A stretch of DNA of 64,000 bases, taken from NCBI GenBank assembly GCA_963738405.1, contig CAVTWJ010000001.1, positions 18,844-82,843 on the forward strand, written 5' to 3'. The position numbers and the translations under genes are program-made. The stretch comes from a candidate division FCPU426 bacterium. GTDB taxonomy: Bacteria > Oederibacteriota > Muellerivitia > Muellerivitales > Muellerivitaceae. The first letter of the stretch is position 1, and every line of letters begins with the position of its first letter. The notes beneath the pieces are model-generated. The model saw nothing but the letters and a program-made list of their open reading frames with translations. It did not search any database and was not told the origin of the DNA. Shown here piece after piece: positions 36,569 through 46,532 of this stretch.

Positions 36569-37093
36569 ATGAAAATTATCTGCTCCTATTGCAGAAAAGA
36601 AATGGGTGAAAAAGCTCCTCTGGAGGATGCGGGTCGAACCCATGGGATTTGCCCCGATTGCGACCAGCATTTTTCCCCCCAGTGGGATGGGTTTAATCTT
36701 TCCGACTACCTCGATACATTCGAGGAACCGGTGGTTATTTTCAGCCCCGATTCCCGTGTGATCGCCTTCAATGAAAGCTATTCCCGCGCCTACCTGGATG
36801 AGGCGAAAAAGCCTAAGGGCCTTTTGGGCGGGGAGTTTTTGGAATGTGCTAACGCCCGCTTGCCGGAAGGGTGCGGGCACACGGTGCATTGCCGGGATTG
36901 CGCCATTCGAAATACCATCGCGGCCACCCTGCGCACGGGAAAACCTCAAAAAGATATACCGGCCTTTTTAAATACGACCGTCCATGGAAAGACTGTGGTG
37001 AAGAAACTGAGGATTTCTGGCGAGATGCATGGTTTGATGGTTTGCCTTTTGATCGAGGAAGAGGCAAAACGATCAGCCCTTGTCGCGTCCTAA
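36569..37093 (+). CDS. Cys-rich protein: CxxC...HxxCxxC finger + PAS-like domain with C-x8-C-x5-C-x2-C (paralog A)
   Basis: CSYC...HGICPDC; PVVIFSPDSRVIAFN; ECANARLPEGCGHTVHCRDC. Confidence 0.8.
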   Translation: MKIICSYCRKEMGEKAPLEDAGRTHGICPDCDQHFSPQWDGFNLSDYLDTFEEPVVIFSPDSRVIAFNESYSRAYLDEAKKPKGLLGGEFLECANARLPEGCGHTVHCRDCAIRNTIAATLRTGKPQKDIPAFLNTTVHGKTVVKKLRISGEMHGLMVCLLIEEEAKRSALVAS

Positions 37094-37149
37094 GACCCTG
37101 GCTTTTTACTGATCGAACCTCCTAGGATGGGTCTAAACAAGGAGGCGTT

Positions 37150-37626
37150 ATGAATGTTTATGATTTTTCCGCTAAATCCATTGATGGAAAAGAGAAGCCC
37201 CTGTCCGATTACCGAGGCAAGGCATTGTTGATCGTCAATGTGGCGAGTCGATGCGGTTATACACCCCAATACGAGGGCCTTCAAAAGCTTTACGATCACT
37301 ACCAAGGGCGGGGTTTGGAAATACTCGGGTTTCCATGCAACCAATTTGGGGCTCAAGAGCCGGGAACTGAATCGGAGATCAAGTCCTTTTGTGAAATGAA
37401 TTTCGGCGTGAAATTCCCCCTATTTGCGAAGATCGACGTGAATGGGGAAAAGGCCCATTCCCTGTACCAATACCTAACAAAGGACCTTCCTGGAATCTTG
37501 GGCACGGAAGCCATCAAGTGGAATTTCACGAAGTTTTTGGTGGATCGGGAAGGAAACCCGGTGAAAAGGTATGGCTCGGCGGATAAGCCGGAGGCTTTGG
37601 AAAAGGATATCGAGAAGCTTTTGTAA
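37150..37626 (+). CDS. Glutathione peroxidase (Cys type)
   Basis: VNVASRCGYTPQY, GFPCNQFGAQEPG, KWNFTKFLVD. Confidence 0.96.
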   Translation: MNVYDFSAKSIDGKEKPLSDYRGKALLIVNVASRCGYTPQYEGLQKLYDHYQGRGLEILGFPCNQFGAQEPGTESEIKSFCEMNFGVKFPLFAKIDVNGEKAHSLYQYLTKDLPGILGTEAIKWNFTKFLVDREGNPVKRYGSADKPEALEKDIEKLL

Positions 37627-37698
37627 CCCCTCTGGGGCGATTTCCTTAATTAACGGTGCGTGGGTTGGATATCTTTAACCAGCCCAATGGAGCGGGCC

Positions 37699-38220
37699 AT
37701 GAAAATCATGTGTTCCTATTGCCGGGCCGAAATGGGGGAAAAAGAACCCCTGGGGGATGCTTCACTGACCCATAGTATTTGTCCGGAATGTTTCGAGTAC
37801 TTTTCCCGCCAATGGGTTGGGTTCCACCTCAACGATTTTCTGGATACCTTCGATGTGCCGATGGTCATTTTTAGCCCCAACACCCGGGTCATCGCCTATA
37901 ACGAGAATTACGCCAAGCAATTTCTGAAGAATGAAGAAAAAACAATTGGGCTTTTGGGCGGGGAATTCATGGAATGCGCCCATGCGCGCCTACCGGAGGG
38001 TTGTGGCCGCGCTGTTTGCTGCAGGGATTGTACGATTCGAGCCACGATCATGAGTACCCTTCGATCGGGCATCGCTCAAAAAAACGTGCCCGCCTATTTA
38101 AATACTTTTGAAAACGGGGAACCGGTTGTGAAAAATCTTAGAATCTCCACCGAGAAACACGGCCCTGTCGTGAGCATGCATATTGAAGAAGTCGGCACTG
38201 AGGCTGTTAAAGGCGGGTAA
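37699..38220 (+). CDS. Cys-rich finger + PAS-like protein (paralog B)
   Basis: Aligns without gaps to 36569..37093; GGAG RBS before ATG 37699. Confidence 0.8.
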   Translation: MKIMCSYCRAEMGEKEPLGDASLTHSICPECFEYFSRQWVGFHLNDFLDTFDVPMVIFSPNTRVIAYNENYAKQFLKNEEKTIGLLGGEFMECAHARLPEGCGRAVCCRDCTIRATIMSTLRSGIAQKNVPAYLNTFENGEPVVKNLRISTEKHGPVVSMHIEEVGTEAVKGG

Positions 38221-38303
38221 AAAAACATCAATCAAAGGCTGGGTGGTTGTCTGAGTGACTGTAATCGATGATGATGGTATAAATCTTTTTCAAGGAGAAA
38301 TGA

Positions 38304-38543
38304 ATGGGACTCATTATGGCGGTCGTCGTTGGCATTTTCTCGGGATGGTTGGCTGGCAAAATTTGGAAAGGCAAAGGTTTTGGCCTTGTCGGCGATTTGA
38401 TCATCGGTATTTTGGGCGGCCTCTTGGGAAATTTTCTATTCGGCTTGGTTGGAATCGTCGCCTTGGGGCTCTTGGGAAACATTATCGCCGCCGTAGTTGG
38501 CGCTTTAATCCTTTTGTGGATCTTGCGGCAGATTAAAAAATAA
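38304..38543 (+). CDS. GlsB/YeaQ/YmgE stress-response membrane protein
   Basis: GWLAGKI.KG.GFGLVGDLIIGILGG...VGALILL. Confidence 0.92.
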   Translation: MGLIMAVVVGIFSGWLAGKIWKGKGFGLVGDLIIGILGGLLGNFLFGLVGIVALGLLGNIIAAVVGALILLWILRQIKK

Positions 38544-38567
38544 ACAGCGTTTTCGTTTTGTTTTACC

Positions 38568-38599
38568 CAAAGGGCGGGGATCAACCCCCGCCCTTTTTT
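38568..38599. terminator. Intrinsic terminator (possibly bidirectional)
   Basis: AAAGGGCGGGG-ATCAA-CCCCGCCCTTTTTT. Confidence 0.85.
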
Positions 38600-38840
38600 G
38601 TCATCCCCATAGAAATCCTGATCTTGAGGTGCGAGCCCTTTCGACCCCCTTTATATGGGGGCTTTTGGGAGCCGAAAAGCTTGTTACTTGCCATATTTGG
38701 CGGCTCGGGAGCATCATAGTTGCCCCAGGACAGTGGATCGGTAGGGTCGTTCTTTTATGGATGAATTAAGCTGAGTTTTCAGCGCAACTGAGTATTTCAT
38801 CTTTTTCCCGCCTGTCTGGGTTTTTCTGAGGAGTCCTTTC

Positions 38841-39113
38841 ATGAAAACCTTCAAATATGCTGAAAGTATTTTCTGCGAGAGCTGTCGCGGTCACGTCAAA
38901 ATGGTGGATTGCCGCGTCGCGGCTAAAAAATCCAAGACCAAACCTCAGGTCGAGATCGATTTCGCCTGTGTTGAATGCGGACAGCGGGGCACGGCCCAAC
39001 GGGACGCGGAATTTCTCCATTTCAGCGAGAGGGAATTCTGCCTTTCCAAAGGGTTGACCATCTTGAAACCCAAAGCCAAGGGTGTGGGCGTCGTTTTCAC
39101 GGTTGCCCGTTAA
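38841..39113 (+). CDS. Small Zn-ribbon hypothetical protein
   Basis: CESC...CVEC; GAGGAG RBS. Confidence 0.7.
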   Translation: MKTFKYAESIFCESCRGHVKMVDCRVAAKKSKTKPQVEIDFACVECGQRGTAQRDAEFLHFSEREFCLSKGLTILKPKAKGVGVVFTVAR

Positions 39114-39215
39114 CCCTTAAAGTTTCCGCTGCTTCCCTCCATTTTCATGAGCCTAGTCATAACTGCGTTGAACGGCGCTTTTTAAAATAAGAACATTAAA
39201 ATTGTTTCCTCAAGG

Positions 39216-39968
39216 GTGTCCATGGACAGTTACGGGGACTCTTTCGCGTGTTTTTATGATCATCATTTCGCAGGCTACTCGGAACATTCCGCGCCCTATC
39301 TTTTAAATTACGCCTTTAACCATCAGCGTGAAGGCCGGCTTCCTAAAATTTTAGATCTGGGCTGTGGAACCGGCCATTTGGCGCGCCGTTTCCTGGAGGC
39401 GGGGTACGAGGTCACGGGCGTGGACGTTTCGCCTGCCATGCTGGCCTTTGCGAAGGCGAAATGCCTGCCATTTCTTTACAGCGGTAAAGCCAGCTTCGTC
39501 AAAGCCGATTTGTTCAATTTAAACCCCATGGGACCCTTTGGTCTCGCCCTTTCCACCTATAACGTATTTAATCACTTGCTTGAAAACAAACTGGCTGTGG
39601 TATTTCGAAACGTGGGCCGGTGCATGCTTCCCTTAGGGGAGATTGTTTTCGATTACCAAACGAGGTTTGGATTGAGGGAATGGGTGGCTCAAGAGAACAT
39701 CCCGATGAACGGGGGAGCCTTGGAGTCGGAAGGCTGTTTTGACGAATCCAGCGGCAGTGCGTGGATGAGGCTGAAAGGTTCGGTCGATGGGCTGGTTTTC
39801 GATGAAACCATCTTCAACCATTCGATCTCTCTGAAGAAACTACGCGAAATTATGAAAAAAGAAGGATGGCAATCGATTCGTATGGCCCGTATCGATAGGT
39901 TGGGAGAGGAATTAGAAAATCCCGAGGGACAAAAAAGGGTGGTGGTGTTGGCGGAATGGAAAAGCTAG
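39216..39968 (+). CDS. Class I SAM-dependent methyltransferase
   Basis: ILDLGCGTG, GVDVSPAML. Confidence 0.9.
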   Translation: MSMDSYGDSFACFYDHHFAGYSEHSAPYLLNYAFNHQREGRLPKILDLGCGTGHLARRFLEAGYEVTGVDVSPAMLAFAKAKCLPFLYSGKASFVKADLFNLNPMGPFGLALSTYNVFNHLLENKLAVVFRNVGRCMLPLGEIVFDYQTRFGLREWVAQENIPMNGGALESEGCFDESSGSAWMRLKGSVDGLVFDETIFNHSISLKKLREIMKKEGWQSIRMARIDRLGEELENPEGQKRVVVLAEWKS

Positions 39969-40011
39969 CAGCCTGCTGGGATTTGGCGGTTGGATTTAAG
40001 AAAGGCAGGTT

Positions 40012-40446
40012 ATGGGAATCAAAAAAGGCTGGATCGAGAACCCGGCTCATCCGCGCGAGCCGATATTGACGGATTACCGGGTTTTACCCGCCTCGGATGC
40101 CGTCCTTATTCTGAAAGACCCCCAATACTCTAAGACCCCCTTTAAAGGCCAGGACCTGGCCCGAACGATAGCGTATTTACTCAAGAGCCAACCTGAGGAA
40201 TTGACGGCGGGAAAGCTTCGCTATTGCAGCCAGGAACCGCTTCGAGATGGAATGGTTTTGGAAGTCACCCTCTTTCTGGCCGATTATCACTGTAAGCTAA
40301 AGTTTTTGGCACAGACCAACGCGGTTGGCTTTGAGGCGGAAATGAAAGAAATGGTCTTTAGCGTCGGTATGACGGTCTTGGCCGTCAATCGGGGTGACTT
40401 AGAACTGTTTAGCAAAATTATTGAGAATCGTAAGAAGAAAAGCTGA
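40012..40446 (+). CDS. Hypothetical protein, weakly PilZ-like beta barrel
   Basis: L...LRY.SQEPL..G.VLEVTL...VGM pattern; canonical RxxxR / DxSxxG motifs not intact. Confidence 0.55.
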   Translation: MGIKKGWIENPAHPREPILTDYRVLPASDAVLILKDPQYSKTPFKGQDLARTIAYLLKSQPEELTAGKLRYCSQEPLRDGMVLEVTLFLADYHCKLKFLAQTNAVGFEAEMKEMVFSVGMTVLAVNRGDLELFSKIIENRKKKS

Positions 40447-40663
40447 CAAGGTCTATTTTTTTTATTGAGGAAAAATGGGCTCTCGGGTTGTTTGCGAGTA
40501 TGTGTTGGGTAAAACATTACTTGAGATGAAATTCCGTTATTTAGAGGCTTAATTTAAGCAAAGTAACTAGTAACTTATAGAAGAATCGTAAATCCCTTTC
40601 CCGCCTTCTTTTTCCCAGAGATTGAACTTCTAAAAAATACATGGCCAAATTTAAAAGGTAAAG

Positions 40664-40690
40664 TTAACCCGAATTTAACATTGTTGTGAC
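40664..40690 (+). promoter_or_regulatory. Pho-box-like 11-bp-periodic direct repeats
   Basis: TTAAC (40664), TTAAC (40675), GTGAC (40686) upstream of the porin-pst operon. Confidence 0.6.
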
Positions 40691-40825
40691 GTTACGCAAT
40701 GACCCCATCTATAGAGTCTCCACGATTTTCCTGGACCTGGGTTTGGCTTCTTCCAACGCACTTCAATGCGCTTTAGCAATCGAAGAACCCGGAGACGGGA
40801 AAAAAATAAATTCTGAGGAGACGAT

Positions 40826-42334
40826 ATGAAACGGTCTTGGTTGTTTGCACTTTTCTTGACCGGAACGCTGGCGGTCCTGACCGCTCCGGCTTCCGCCAAG
40901 ATGGACAATGGAGATTCGATGGACAACTCCACGCAGGATTCGATTGATAACCTACGGGATGATCTTAATTCCGCGATGGGTTCTCAGTCTGCCCGCTTGG
41001 CGGCCATCGAAAAGCAGTTGGGCTTGAAGATCTTTGGCGATGTGCGAGTTCGTTATAACCTTCGCACCCAATCGCAAAGCAACCCTTCTTCGGCTACTAC
41101 TCGATTTGCCGTGGGTGTCCCTGGAACCATTTCTGACCAGGCCATTGGCCGTTACCGTGCTCGTCTCGGAGCTAAGCTGGCTTCTGGCGATTTTTCGGGT
41201 GGGCTGCGCTTGGCCACTGGTTCGGGCAACGCAAATAGTGAAAATAACACCTTTGCCAACGGGTTTCAAAACCCCGCTATGATCATCGATCTGGCCTATT
41301 TGACCTACACGCCAACCTTCACGGATGGAAAGTTGATGTTGACAGTAGGGAAAATGGGTAATCCCCTTATGAATACGCCTATGACCTGGGATCCGGATAT
41401 TGACCCGGAAGGCGCTGCGTTAGCTTATGACTTCGGGGGAGACACCAAGGCGCGGATCACCTATTTCGACTTGGCGAATCCGGCTGGCACAACCCAAACA
41501 GTTACTGACTCTGGAACTGGCTCTGACGAGTACATGGTTAATCTTCAGTTAGAACATCTGTTCAAGCTGGATGCTACCAATTCCGTGAATCTGATGTTGG
41601 GATATGAGTACATCCCCAATGGAACAGCCTTGGTTGGTGGTACAAATCCAAGTGGTTTTACTAATGGTTATGTCAATCTGCCAACTTTGGCCTTGAAGGG
41701 TTCCAATGGACCTATCGGTTCAGGAAACTTTGTTGATTACGGCGGAGTGGTTCCTGATTTCGCCATCGGCGAAGGCATGTTGACTATTAAGCATGCGAAG
41801 AATGCCATGGACAACAATGATTTTCCCTTGGCATTAACCATTCATCTAATCAATAACTTTGATTCGTTCAATATGCCTAATGGTTATTTCGCGACGGCTT
41901 ACAATTCTTCTGCCGCTGTCACGACAGCCGCCCAGCAAAATGCGGCCTTGGGAAGCAAGAACCAAGGTTATAGCAATTTCACCAACCAGTACGGTTTCTA
42001 TATTGAGGCTTCCGCTGGGGATACGGCCAAGGGTGACTTCCTTGGAAAGCTTGCGGTTTCCTACGTGGAACCGAATGCCCAGTTGGCCAACTTGGCCAGC
42101 GACGACGCCAACTTCACCAATACCGAGTATCTGTTCGAACAGGTCGGATATGGGCTTGAAGACAACGTGGTCTTCTTGTTGTCGGCCTGGGAATTGCAAA
42201 ATGTTTATAACCTTTACGGTCCGCCAAACAATCTGTTGACGGGTAACGGCAACGGTGCGGCTGCTGGCCAGTTACGGGGCAATAGCACCAGCCCTGAACT
42301 TCAGCTCTATGCCGATTGCGTGTTGAGCCTGTAA
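40826..42334 (+). CDS. Putative porin (outer-membrane beta barrel) heading the pst operon
   Basis: Signal peptide, short coiled coil, GDVRVRY...RYRARLG...RLATG...SENNT, IDLAY, GKMGNP, WDPDIDPEG. Confidence 0.8.
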   Translation: MKRSWLFALFLTGTLAVLTAPASAKMDNGDSMDNSTQDSIDNLRDDLNSAMGSQSARLAAIEKQLGLKIFGDVRVRYNLRTQSQSNPSSATTRFAVGVPGTISDQAIGRYRARLGAKLASGDFSGGLRLATGSGNANSENNTFANGFQNPAMIIDLAYLTYTPTFTDGKLMLTVGKMGNPLMNTPMTWDPDIDPEGAALAYDFGGDTKARITYFDLANPAGTTQTVTDSGTGSDEYMVNLQLEHLFKLDATNSVNLMLGYEYIPNGTALVGGTNPSGFTNGYVNLPTLALKGSNGPIGSGNFVDYGGVVPDFAIGEGMLTIKHAKNAMDNNDFPLALTIHLINNFDSFNMPNGYFATAYNSSAAVTTAAQQNAALGSKNQGYSNFTNQYGFYIEASAGDTAKGDFLGKLAVSYVEPNAQLANLASDDANFTNTEYLFEQVGYGLEDNVVFLLSAWELQNVYNLYGPPNNLLTGNGNGAAAGQLRGNSTSPELQLYADCVLSL

Positions 42335-42453
42335 GAGATCCTTTTGGGGGCCGCCCGATAGTCAGGGAATCGGGTTGGCCCCTCCCCCCTTTTCTGAGGG
42401 GAATGGCCCTGACAATAACGCAGAACCAAATTTGAAATGACAGGAGCAACAGG

Positions 42454-43479
42454 ATGAACAAGTTCCAGAAAGTAATGGTCGGCGCTTTGGCTGCCGCCGT
42501 GATGGCCGGAGCCACCGTGGCGAAAGCAGGAGTGGCTTTGAACGGAGCGGGAGCTACCTTTCCCTACCCGATTTATTCGAAGTGGTTTTACGAGTACAAC
42601 AAGTCGAACGGCGTACCAATCAACTACCAGTCCATCGGCTCGGGCGGCGGAATTCAGCAGTTGACCGCCGGGACCGTTGACTTCGGGGCCTCGGACGCTC
42701 CCATGACCGACGATCAGATTTCGAAAGTCAAACAGGGTGTCTTGCACTTCCCGACGGTGGCGGGCGCGGTTGCGGTTGCCTACAACGTCACGGGTGTGGA
42801 CAAGGGCCTGAAGCTGGACTCCAAGACCTTGGCCAACATCTACTTGGGCGTTGTCACCAAGTGGAATGATCCTTCGATCGCTGACTTGAACCCCGGCGTT
42901 TCTTTGCCGGATTTGGACATCACGGTGGCTCACCGCTCCGATGGAAGCGGAACCTCCAACATCTTTACCAACTACCTCTCCAAGGTGAGTTCTGCCTGGG
43001 CTTCCACCGTTGGTTTCGGTACTGCGGTGAAATGGCCTGTGGGTAACGGCGGCAAAGGCAACGAGGGTGTGGCGGGATTGATTCAGCAGATTCCTGGCTG
43101 CGTGGGCTATGTGGAATTGGCCTATGCCATCAAGAACAAGCTGCCTTACGCCAACATTCAGAACAAGGCCGGTAATTTCGTTGAGCCGACCCTGGAATCC
43201 ACCACCGCGGCTGCCGAGGGTGCTGTGAAGAAAATGCCCCCCGACTTCCGCATGATGATCACCAACGCTTCCGGCGCCGATGCCTATCCCATCTGCGGGT
43301 TCACTTGGCTCCTGATCTATAAGAACTATTCGGACAGCGCCACGGGCAAGACCATCACCGATTTCTTGAACTGGTATTTGAGCACCGGAGAAGGCATGGC
43401 CAAGGACTTGTACTATGCCCCGTTGCCCGATTCCTTGATCAAGAGGGTTCAAGCCAAGATCGCTCAAGTTAAGTTTTAA
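42454..43479 (+). CDS. pstS: Phosphate ABC transporter substrate-binding protein
   Basis: GAGATFPYP, YQSIGSGGG, DFGASD, HRSDGSGT, GKGNEGV. Confidence 0.97.
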   Translation: MNKFQKVMVGALAAAVMAGATVAKAGVALNGAGATFPYPIYSKWFYEYNKSNGVPINYQSIGSGGGIQQLTAGTVDFGASDAPMTDDQISKVKQGVLHFPTVAGAVAVAYNVTGVDKGLKLDSKTLANIYLGVVTKWNDPSIADLNPGVSLPDLDITVAHRSDGSGTSNIFTNYLSKVSSAWASTVGFGTAVKWPVGNGGKGNEGVAGLIQQIPGCVGYVELAYAIKNKLPYANIQNKAGNFVEPTLESTTAAAEGAVKKMPPDFRMMITNASGADAYPICGFTWLLIYKNYSDSATGKTITDFLNWYLSTGEGMAKDLYYAPLPDSLIKRVQAKIAQVKF

Positions 43480-43490
43480 CGGAATAGAAA

Positions 43491-44654
43491 TTGAATAATA
43501 GTACGAACGAAGCTGTAGCGAATGGGAGGGCCCCCAAGGCCCTCCCATTTTCTTCTTCCGCCCATTCCTCCCGCCTAATGGATCAGCTGTTCCATGGGTT
43601 TACGTTTTTCATGGCCTTGATGATTCTTATCTTGGCGGTCATGACGGCCGTCACGCTTTTGATCGCGGCCCAGCCCTCCATTCAATTATCCGGCTGGAAT
43701 TTCCTTTTCAGCAGTGACTGGGATCCGGTTAAGGGAGTCTTTGGCTGTGTCCCTTTCGTTTATGGCACGCTTGTTTCTTCTCTGATTGCCCTCCTCATCG
43801 CCACCCCCCTGGGGCTCGGCATTTCCTTGTTTTTAACTGAACTGGCCCCGATGAAATTGCGGGATCCGGTGGCTTTCGTCGTTGAGATTTTGGCGGCCAT
43901 TCCCAGCGTGGTTTACGGCTTGTGGGGCATCTTTCTTTTGGCGCCGTTTATGAGGGTCCATATAGATCCTTTGCTGATTAAATTCGGAAATCCGATCGTG
44001 GTGGGCCTCTTTGGGGTCACTGTGGCGATTGTGGTTTACGCGATTCTGAAATCTTTCAATCTCTCCGAACACATGCCGGATTTGAAAAAGAACGAAAATT
44101 TTCTAATGGCAGGCGTGGGAATCTTAGTTGGATTGTTTATGGGGAGCCTGGCCCAGCACGTCATCACGGCTTATCCGCTCTTCAAGGGCCCCTCGACCGG
44201 GTTGTCGCTGTTTACGGCGGGCGTCATCCTTTCGATCATGATCCTTCCCACGATCACCGCCATCAGCCGCGAGGTATTTGAGGCCGTTCCCAACAGCCAG
44301 AGGGAATCGGCAAGGGCTTTGGGAGCTACCAGTTGGGAAACCATTGAACTGGCTGTTTTGAAACCATCCAAAGTCGGCATCCTGGGAGCCTTGATGCTGG
44401 CCATGGGACGGGCTTTGGGAGAAACCATGGCGGTCACCATGGTCATCGGCAATAACCCCCAAGTTTCGACGAACCTATTGGCGGGGGCTCACAGCATGGC
44501 CAGCGTCATCGCCAACGAATTTTCAGAGGCTGTGAGTGATATTCATATCGCGGCACTGGCTGAGATCGGCCTTTTGCTGATGGTGATCACCTTCGTTTTG
44601 AATGTTGTGGCGAACCTTCTGGTTTGGGTGACGACCTCCAAGTACCAGCGTTAA
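43491..44654 (+). CDS. pstC: Phosphate ABC transporter permease PstC
   Basis: GTLVSS, LAAIPSVVYGLWG, GRALGETMAVTMVIGN, IANEF. Confidence 0.95.
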   Translation: MNNSTNEAVANGRAPKALPFSSSAHSSRLMDQLFHGFTFFMALMILILAVMTAVTLLIAAQPSIQLSGWNFLFSSDWDPVKGVFGCVPFVYGTLVSSLIALLIATPLGLGISLFLTELAPMKLRDPVAFVVEILAAIPSVVYGLWGIFLLAPFMRVHIDPLLIKFGNPIVVGLFGVTVAIVVYAILKSFNLSEHMPDLKKNENFLMAGVGILVGLFMGSLAQHVITAYPLFKGPSTGLSLFTAGVILSIMILPTITAISREVFEAVPNSQRESARALGATSWETIELAVLKPSKVGILGALMLAMGRALGETMAVTMVIGNNPQVSTNLLAGAHSMASVIANEFSEAVSDIHIAALAEIGLLLMVITFVLNVVANLLVWVTTSKYQR

Positions 44655-44670
44655 AAGTAAGGGGAGAACA

Positions 44671-45522
44671 ATGTTTGATATAACCTCACGCAGGCATTTT
44701 GTGGATCGGATGATGTTGTTTTTGTGCGGAGCGGCGTCATTTATTGCCATGATTCCCTTGGTGAGCCTTCTCATGTATGTTCTGCTTCAAGGGTTCAAAC
44801 GATTGGATTGGGTTTTCCTGACCCATCTACCCACCCCGGTGGGCGTGGATGGCGGCGGTATGGCGAATGCCATCCTTGGAACTATCACCCTTATGATCAT
44901 TGCTTCTTTGGTTGGGTTACCCATTGGAGTTTTCGCCGGGGTTTATCTTTCGGAATACGGAAAGAAGAACACTTTCGCCTGGTGGGTGCGGTTTACGGCG
45001 GACGTGCTTTCCGGGGTTCCATCCATCGTCACGGGCATCGTGGCCTATACCCTAATAGTAAAGACCACCCATCACTTCTCAGCGCTGGCCGGTGGAGTGG
45101 CCCTGGGGTTTATGATGATTCCCATCGTTTCTCGTACTACCGAGGAATTGGTGAAATTGGTGCCCCATAGTATCCGTGAGGCTTCTTGGGCCTTGGGGGT
45201 TCCGCAGTGGAGAACCATCCTGAGTATTGTGATCCGTACCGCCAAAAACGGAATCCTAACAGGGGTTCTTTTATCGATTGCCCGCATCGCCGGGGAAACC
45301 GCGCCCTTGCTTTTCACTTCCTTCAACAACCAGTTCTGGGCCAAGGGCATAAACGAACCCACGGCCTCCTTGACCGTTCAGGTGTTCACCTATGCCATTT
45401 CACCCTTTCAGGACTGGCATGACCAGGCCTGGAGCGGGGCGTTAGCCTTGTTAATTCTCGTATTGGCAATTAATTTGTCGGCGAAGCTATTTTTCAAGAA
45501 TCCAAGGCAGATGTTGAGATAG
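44671..45522 (+). CDS. pstA: Phosphate ABC transporter permease PstA
   Basis: [28 protein letters not shown]. Confidence 0.95.
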   Translation: MFDITSRRHFVDRMMLFLCGAASFIAMIPLVSLLMYVLLQGFKRLDWVFLTHLPTPVGVDGGGMANAILGTITLMIIASLVGLPIGVFAGVYLSEYGKKNTFAWWVRFTADVLSGVPSIVTGIVAYTLIVKTTHHFSALAGGVALGFMMIPIVSRTTEELVKLVPHSIREASWALGVPQWRTILSIVIRTAKNGILTGVLLSIARIAGETAPLLFTSFNNQFWAKGINEPTASLTVQVFTYAISPFQDWHDQAWSGALALLILVLAINLSAKLFFKNPRQMLR

Positions 45523-45595
45523 GATCATGGTCCGGACCACCCATCGGAGGCGAAAGCCTAAGGTGTCCCCGGACGTGAAAATGAGGGGGAGAAAG

Positions 45596-46462
45596 ATGGT
45601 GGAGAACACAATGGAAAAAACTAACGAAAGCAAAAAAATGGATTCCTCGAAGGTCGACATGAAAAAAATGGAAATTTCCCACGAGAACGGAAACGCGAAC
45701 GCCAAGTTGAAGATGGAAGCGAAGGATGTTTGCGCTTGGTTCGGCGACAAGCAGGCGCTTTACTCCGTCAATATGGAAATCAAGGAAAAGGAAGTCACGG
45801 CCATTATCGGCCCTTCGGGTTGCGGTAAATCCACCTTGATCCGCTGCTTTAACCGTATGCACGAAACGGTGCCAGGCTCCCGATTTGGGGGCGATATCAC
45901 CTTGGAAGGAAACAGCATATTTGGATCTAACATGGATCCGGTCGCCGTTCGCAGGCGGGTCGGAATGGTTTTCCAGAAACCCACTCCTTTTCCGACGCTC
46001 TCCATTTATGAAAACGTAGTGATTGGCTTACGGCTCAACAGCGGAATTCACGACCATAAAATTTTATCTGAAAAAGTTGAGTCCAGCCTACGCAAGGCGG
46101 CCCTTTGGGATGAAGTAAAAGACAACATTCACAAACCTGGGTCCGCTCTTTCCGGGGGACAGCAACAGCGCCTTTGCATCGCCCGCGCTCTGGCGGTCGA
46201 CCTGGAAGTGCTTCTGATGGACGAACCCTGTTCGGCTTTGGACCCGATCTCCACCTCGAAGATTGAGGAGCTGATCCATGAACTCCGCCAAAATTACACC
46301 ATCATCATCGTCACGCACAACATGCAGCAGGCCGCGCGCGTTTCCCAAAAGACGGCTTTTATGCTTAACGGAAAGCTCATCGAGTACGATAACACTGAAA
46401 AGGTTTTCACCAACCCGTCCAACAAACTGACGGAAGATTACATTACGGGTCGGTTTGGCTGA
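45596..46462 (+). CDS. pstB: Phosphate ABC transporter ATPase (start 45596 or 45611)
   Basis: [43 protein letters not shown]. Confidence 0.96.
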   Translation: MVENTMEKTNESKKMDSSKVDMKKMEISHENGNANAKLKMEAKDVCAWFGDKQALYSVNMEIKEKEVTAIIGPSGCGKSTLIRCFNRMHETVPGSRFGGDITLEGNSIFGSNMDPVAVRRRVGMVFQKPTPFPTLSIYENVVIGLRLNSGIHDHKILSEKVESSLRKAALWDEVKDNIHKPGSALSGGQQQRLCIARALAVDLEVLLMDEPCSALDPISTSKIEELIHELRQNYTIIIVTHNMQQAARVSQKTAFMLNGKLIEYDNTEKVFTNPSNKLTEDYITGRFG

Positions 46463-46532
46463 TCAAGAGATTTCGGATTAGGATGCTCTAATGGCCGATA
46501 CCCAAGAACTGATTTCAAAGGGGGCTGGTTCA

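Noticed and set aside
37150-37626. Selenocysteine recoding in Gpx, TlpA or AhpC-like genes
   Set aside because: Active-site codons are Cys (TGC); no in-frame TGA
38624-38715. Lysine riboswitch (GAGGTGCG...GCCGAA)
   Set aside because: Too short, lacks the GAAAGG/P4 elements, and the downstream gene is unrelated to lysine
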